This document shows, piece by piece, positions 58,125 through 64,000 of a stretch of 64,000 nucleotides of DNA; position 1 is the stretch's first letter, and every line of letters begins with the position of its first letter. Under the pieces are notes generated by a model, which searched no databases, had not been told where the DNA came from, and saw nothing but the letters and a program-made list of their open reading frames with translations. Source of the stretch: Eledone cirrhosa (Eukaryota); contig OZ024747.1 of assembly GCA_964016885.1 (NCBI GenBank), positions 9,300,001 through 9,364,000 of the forward strand, in the 5' to 3' direction. The position numbers were made by a program, and so were the translations under genes.

Positions 58125-58265
58125 TTCTGTATATGCATATATATGTATGTTTATATATGTATATATAAAGAAGTCCTACAATGATGTAGTTACGGGTTCG
58201 ATCTCATCAATTATCTTTGCCATAGACTCGAGTTGACCTGGGCCTCGTGAGATTGTCAGTGGATT

Positions 58266-58670
58266 AACAGAGAGTAAACAGAGGGTAAACAGAGGGTAAA
58301 TAGTGGGTAAACAGAGGGTAAACAGTTGGTAAACAGAGGGTAAACAGAGGGTAAACAGTGGGTAAACAGTGGGTAAATAGAGGGTAAACAGTTGGTAAAC
58401 AGAGGGTAAACAGAAGGTAAACAGTGGGTAAACAGTGGGTAAATAGAGGGTAAACAGAGGGTAAACAGTGGGTAAATAGAGGGTAAACAGAGGGTAAACA
58501 GAGAGGAAACAGAGGGTAAACAGTTGGTAAACAGAGGGTAAACAGAGGGTAAACAGTGGGTAAACAGTGGGTAAACAGAGAGTAAACAGAGGGTAAAAAG
58601 TGGGTAAACAGAGGTTGAAAACAGAGGGTAAACAGTGGGTAAACAGAGGGTAAACAGTGGGTAAACAGAG
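58266..58670. repeat. 11-bp tandem repeat GGGTAAACAGW
   Basis: Direct inspection. Confidence 0.95.
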
Positions 58671-58751
58671 ACTATATGTTAGTATGTCAGATGAACTGTA
58701 ACTGTAATTGAAAGGTCCCGCCTTGTATCATATAGTGTCATGCTGCTTTGG

Positions 58752-59133
58752 TATGGAATATATGTTACGGGTACACCTATTTATAGAATATATGTTACCG
58801 GTACCCCTATTTATGGAATATATGTTACGGGTACACCTATTTATGGAATATATGTTACGGGTACCCCTATTTATGGAATATATGCCAAGGGTACACCTAT
58901 TTATGGAATATATGTTACGGGTACACCTATTTATAGAATATATGTTACCGGTACCCCTATTTATGGAATATATGCCAAGGGTACACCTATTTATGGAATA
59001 TATGTTACGGGTACACCTATTTATGGAATATATGTTACGGGTACCCCTATTTATGGAATATATGTTACGGGTACCCCTATTTATGGAATATATGCCAAGG
59101 GTACACCTATTTATGGAATATATGTGAAGGGTA
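58752..59133. repeat. 30-bp tandem repeat TATGGAATATATGTTACGGGTACMCCTATT
   Basis: About 12 units. Confidence 0.95.
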
Positions 59134-59149
59134 CCTTAATATATGTTAC

Positions 59150-59450
59150 GGGTGCACCCAAGGGCCTTGTTTCAGGGGGTACCAAGGGACAAGTCCCTCC
59201 CCCTCGCCCGCACTTTTTCAAAAGTCTATATTTTATTTTTTGTTTATTTGATATAAATTCTTTTTAAGCTTATTTTTTATGTCTCAACTTCATTCGAATA
59301 TATAAAATTTAATTTGCGTAAAATGTTACTTATGTGACAGGGTCCGGGAACGGGACCATAAGCAATACTAACATGCTCCTTTAAGGATCAACAAATGTTG
59401 GTTTGTCCCCCCTCACATCTTTAAGGTAAACGAGGCCCCTGGATACCCCT
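59150..59450. mobile_element. Possible MITE with imperfect TIRs
   Basis: GGGTGCACCCAAGGGCCTTGTTT versus AAACGAGGCCCCTGGATACCCC; inner GGGACAA / TTGTCCC. Confidence 0.4.
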
Positions 59451-59614
59451 ATCTATGGAATATATGTGAAGGTACCCCTATCTATGGAATACCATACTTA
59501 TGTGTTACTTCACAAAGATGGACAACTGAACACTCAGCGTCGAAACCGACGGAGCACCCATCATATATAATAATAGTAATACTATTGTTGTTGTTGGGTG
59601 AGAGTCGCACAAAA

Positions 59615-60510
59615 TGGTGGTAATGGTGGTGGTGGTAACGGTGGTGGTGGTGGTGGTGGTGGTAGCGGTGGTGGTGGTAGCGGTGGTGGTAGTGGTAGTG
59701 GTGGTGGTGGTGGTAGCGGTGGTGGTGGTGGTGGTGGTGGTAGCGGTGGTGGTGGTAGCGGTGGTGGTAGTGGTAGCGGTGGTGGTGGTGGTAGCGGTGT
59801 TGTTGGTGGTGGTGGTGGTAGCGGTGGTGGTGGTAGTGTTGTTGGTGGTGGTGGTGGTAGCGGTGGTGGTGGTGGTAGCGGTGGTGGTGGTGGTGGTGGT
59901 AGTGGTGGTGGTGGTGGTAGCGGTGGTGGTGGTGGTGGTGGTAGTGGTGGTGGTGGTGGTGGTAGTGGTGGTGGTAGTGGTAGCGGTGGTGGTGGTAGTG
60001 TTGTTGGTGGTGGTGGTGGTAGCGGTGGTGGTGGTGGTAGCGGTGGTGGTGGTGGTGGCGGTAGTGGTGGTGGTGGTGGTAGTCATGGTGGTGGTGGTGG
60101 TAAGATTGGTGGAGTGTTTGACCGAATGGTGTCGGTGTGTTAAGATTGGTGGAGTGTGTAGATTTGGTGGTGGTGGTGTGGTGGTGTGGTGTGGTGGTGT
60201 GGTGTGGTGGTGTGGTGGTGTGGTGGTGGTGGTGTGGTGGTGTGGTGGTGGTGGTGGTAGTGGTGGTGGTGGTGGTAGCGGTGGTGGTGGTGGTAGTGGT
60301 GGTGGTAGCGGTGGTGGTGGTAGTGGTGGTGGTGGTGGTGGTAGTGGTAGCGGTGGTGGTAGTGGTAGCGGTGGTGGTGGTGGTAGTGGTGCCGGTGATG
60401 GTGGGGTAGGATTGATGGAGTGTAGGAGAAAATGGTAGTGGTAGTGGTGGTGTGGTGGTGGTGGTGTGGTGGTGGTAGCGGTGGTGGTGGTGTGGTGGTG
60501 GTGGTAGTGT
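59615..60510. repeat. (GGT)n/AGC low complexity
   Basis: Direct inspection. Confidence 0.9.
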
Positions 60511-60571
60511 AGGAATAGTGGAGTGTTTTGTAAAATATTTTGCTGGACATTCAGTTGCAACCTTTTTTTCA

Positions 60572-60698
60572 CGCCGAGGTCGACTTTGCCTTCATTCTCC
60601 AAGATCGATAAAATAAAATATCAATTAAAGTATTGTGTTCGATTTAATCGACTAATCCATTCCTTCCGAATCTCTGGCCTTGTGCTTATGTCTGAAAC
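60572..60698 (+). mobile_element. SINE family 1, old truncated copy
   Basis: CCGAGGTCGACTTTGCCTT core and GGCCTTGTGC tail. Confidence 0.65.
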
Positions 60699-61082
60699 CA
60701 CCACCACCACCACCACCACCACCAACACCATCACCACAACCACCACCACCACCACCACCACCACCACCGCCACCAAACACCACCACCACCACTACCACCA
60801 CCGTTACCACCACCACCAACCACCACCACCACCACCACCGTTACCACCACCACCAACCACCACCACCACCACCACCGTTACCACCACCACCAACCACCAC
60901 CACCACCACCACCGTCACCACCACCACCACCACCACCACCACCATCATCATCAATTTGTTTACCACCTTTATTTACTTTAAATCTTACTTCCGGTAAGTT
61001 GTATTCACCCGGTTTCGTTCAGTTTCTCTTTGATGCAAGTGTTGTCTTGGAAAGGCACGAAACTGACAACGTCACCTTCATA

Positions 61083-61121
<39 letters not shown>

Positions 61122-61215
61122 CATCATATATTACCAAACTTTGATCTACTAAATCGTCATTAATACTCTTAAACAACTTCCACAACCTATATCAGTACCA
61201 CCACCACCACCGCCG

Positions 61216-61251
<36 letters not shown>

Positions 61252-61354
61252 TTACTACTACTACTAGTACCCCACCACCACCGCCGCCACTACTACTACT
61301 ACTACTACTACTATTACTACTACTACTAGTACCCCACCACTACCACCACCACTA

Positions 61355-61394
<40 letters not shown>

Positions 61395-61398
61395 TACT

Positions 61399-61438
<40 letters not shown>

Positions 61439-61466
61439 TTACTACTACTACTAGTACCCCACCACT

Positions 61467-61518
<52 letters not shown>

Positions 61519-61570
61519 TTACTACTACTACTAGCACCCCACCACTACCACCACCACCACCACCACCACC

Positions 61571-61641
<71 letters not shown>

Positions 61642-61861
61642 CCCACCACCACTACTACCACTACCACCAACACCACCGCCACCTTCAGTAAAGTACTGGG
61701 GTAGATATAACCGACTCCCCTCTTCCCACAAATTGCTGACCTTGTGCCTAATTTAAAAGATATTATTCCAGCACTCATGCAAGTCCCTACTGCACTCCCC
61801 CCCCCCCCCCCCAGGTGCATCCCTTACCTGTTCTTGGAATCTGTATAACATTGCATTTATA

Positions 61862-63625
61862 TGCTGCATCTGGTTGTGTAGGGTATGTGTGCTGCATCTG
61901 GTTGTGTAGGGGGTGTGTACTGCATCTGGTTGTGTAGGGGTGTGTGTACTGCATCTGGTTGTGTAGGGTGTGTGTACTACATCTGGTTATGTAGGGTGTG
62001 TGTACTACATCTGGTTGTGTAGGGGGTGTGTACTGCATCTGGTTGTGTAGGGGGTGTGTACTGCATCTGGTTGTGTAGGGGTGTGTGTACTGCATCTGGT
62101 TGTGTAGGGTGTGTGTACTACATCTGGTTGTGTAGGGTGTGTGTGCTGCATCTGGTTGTGTAGGTGTATGTACTACATCTGGTTGTGTAGGGTGTGTGTG
62201 CTGCATCTGGTTGTGTAGGGTGTGTGTACTGCATCTGGTTGTGTAGGGTATGTGTACTACATCTGGTTATGTAGGGTGTGTGTACTACATCTGGTTGTGT
62301 AGGGTGTGTGTACTGCATCTGGTTGTGTCGGGTGTGTGTACTACATCTGGTTGTGTCGGGGGTGTGTACTGCATCTGGTTGTGTCGGGGGTGTGTACTGT
62401 ATCTGGTTGTGTAGAGGGTGTGTACTGCATCTGGTTGTGTCGGGGGTGTGTACTGCATCTGGTTGTGTAGAGGGTGTGTACTACATCTGGTTGTGTAGGG
62501 GGTGTGTACTGCATCTGGTTGTGTCGGGGGTGCGTACTGTATCTGGTTGTGTAGGGGGTGTGTACTGCATCTGGTTGTGTAGGGGGTGTGTACTGCATCT
62601 GGTTGTGTTGGGGGTGTGTACTGGATCTGGTTGTGTAGGGGGTGTGTGCTGCATCTGGTTGTGTCGGGGGTGTGTACTGCATCTGGTTGTGTATGGGGTG
62701 TGTACTGCATTTGGTTGTGTAGAGGGTGTGTACTGCATCTGGTTGTGTAGGGTGTGTGTACTGCATCTGGTTGTGTCGGGGGGGTGTACTGTATCTGGTT
62801 GTGTAGGGGGTGTGTACTGCATCTGGTTGTGTAGGGTGTGTGTGCTGCATCTGGTTGTGTCGGGTGTGTGTACTGCATCTGGTTGTGTAGAGGGTGTGTA
62901 CTGCATCTGGTTGTGTCGGGGGTGTGTACTACATCTGGTTGTGTAGAGGGTGTGTAATGCATCTGGTTGTGTCGGGGGGGGGGGGGGTACTGTATCTGGT
63001 TGTGTAGTGGGGGGGGGGGTGTACTGCATCTGGTTGTGTAGAGAGTGTGTACTGCATCTGGTTGTGTAGAGGGTGTGTACTGCATCTGGTTGTGTAGAGA
63101 GTGTGTACTGCATCTGGTTGTGTAGAGGGTGTGTACTGCATCTGGTTGTGTAGAGGGTGTGTACTGCATCTGGTTGTGTAGAGGGTGTGTACTGCATCTG
63201 GTTGTGTAGGGGGTGTGTACTGCATCTGGTTGTGTAGAGGGTGTGTACTGCATCTGGTTGTGTCGGGGGTGTGTACTGCATCTGGTTGTGTCGGGGGGGG
63301 GGGGGTGTACTGTATCTGGTTGTGTAGGGGGTGTGTACTGCATCTGGTTGTGTGGTTGTGTAGAGGGTGTGTACTGCATCTGGTTGTGTCGGGGGGTGTA
63401 CTGTATCTGGTTGTGTAGGGGGTGTGTACTGCATCTGGTTGTGTCGGGGGTGTGTACTGTATCTGGTTGTGTAGGTGGGAGGGGTGTACTGCATCTGGTT
63501 GTGTCGGGGGTGTGTACTGTATCTGGTTGTGTCGAGGGGTGTACTGCATCTGGTTGTGTAGGGGCGGGGGTGTACTGCATCTGGTTATGTCGGGGGTGTG
63601 TACTGCATCTGGTTGTGTCGGGGGT
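61862..63625. repeat. About 25-bp tandem satellite GTGTACTGCATCTGGTTGTGTMGRG
   Basis: About 1.75 kb array. Confidence 0.95.
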
Positions 63626-63657
63626 GTGTTGTGCAGGTTGTTGTGTGTTATAGAGTA

Positions 63658-63780
63658 GGGTGGTGTTTCTGTGGGGTGGGTCATTGCAATGTTATAGAGT
63701 TGGGTGGTGTTTGTGTGGGGTGGGTCATTGCAATGTTATAGAGTTGGGTGGTGTTTGTGTGGGGTGGGTCATTGCAATGA
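63658..63780. repeat. About 44-bp tandem repeat (GGGTGGGTCATTGCAATG anchor)
   Basis: Three units. Confidence 0.8.
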
Positions 63781-64000
63781 TGTGTGGGGCATGTTGTGTG
63801 AGTTGTGTTGTGTATTATAAGTGGTGGGTAGTGTTTTTGTGGTGGTGTATATTGTGTGGGTCATTGTTGTCTGTTATGGTGTTTGTGTGGGGCATTGCAA
63901 TATGTTATGGTGGTGTTGGGTGCTATTTCTGTGGGGGTGTATGCTGTGTGGGTTGTGTTATATATTGTAGTGTTGGGTGGTGTTCGTGTAGAGTCTTGCT

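Noticed and set aside
58708-59267. Repetitive-protein ORFs (MEYMLRVHLF / GIYVTGTPIY)
   Set aside because: A 30-bp satellite lacking stops in two frames; no non-repetitive domain or splice evidence.
61787-63684. Cys-rich or TQPDAVH repeat ORFs
   Set aside because: Products of a 25-bp satellite that cycles through reading frames.

Overview
Repeat-saturated eukaryotic non-coding DNA, most likely from an octopus/cephalopod (inferred from the SINE family and extreme microsatellite density). No confident host gene is present, and almost all listed ORFs are translations of microsatellites. The only long real coding stretch is a 5'-truncated R4/Dong-like non-LTR retrotransposon (CCHC knuckle + restriction-like endonuclease) inside a (TAA)n tract. 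There are also decayed RLE/CRE, RTE and Tx1-like fragments, two tRNA-derived SINE families, hAT and mariner-type MITEs, Helitron ends and many satellites. The most notable signal is a set of about nine mutually dissimilar short 'islands' embedded in (TA)n tracts. Most carry a type I hammerhead ribozyme fold (CUGANGA...GAAA...NUH, often with a palindromic 8-nt stem III), and many are arranged as head-to-head inverted repeats with arms of 24-247 bp. They look like a diverse population of Penelope-like/retrozyme-type non-coding insertions. All structures were folded by eye and need computational and experimental confirmation.
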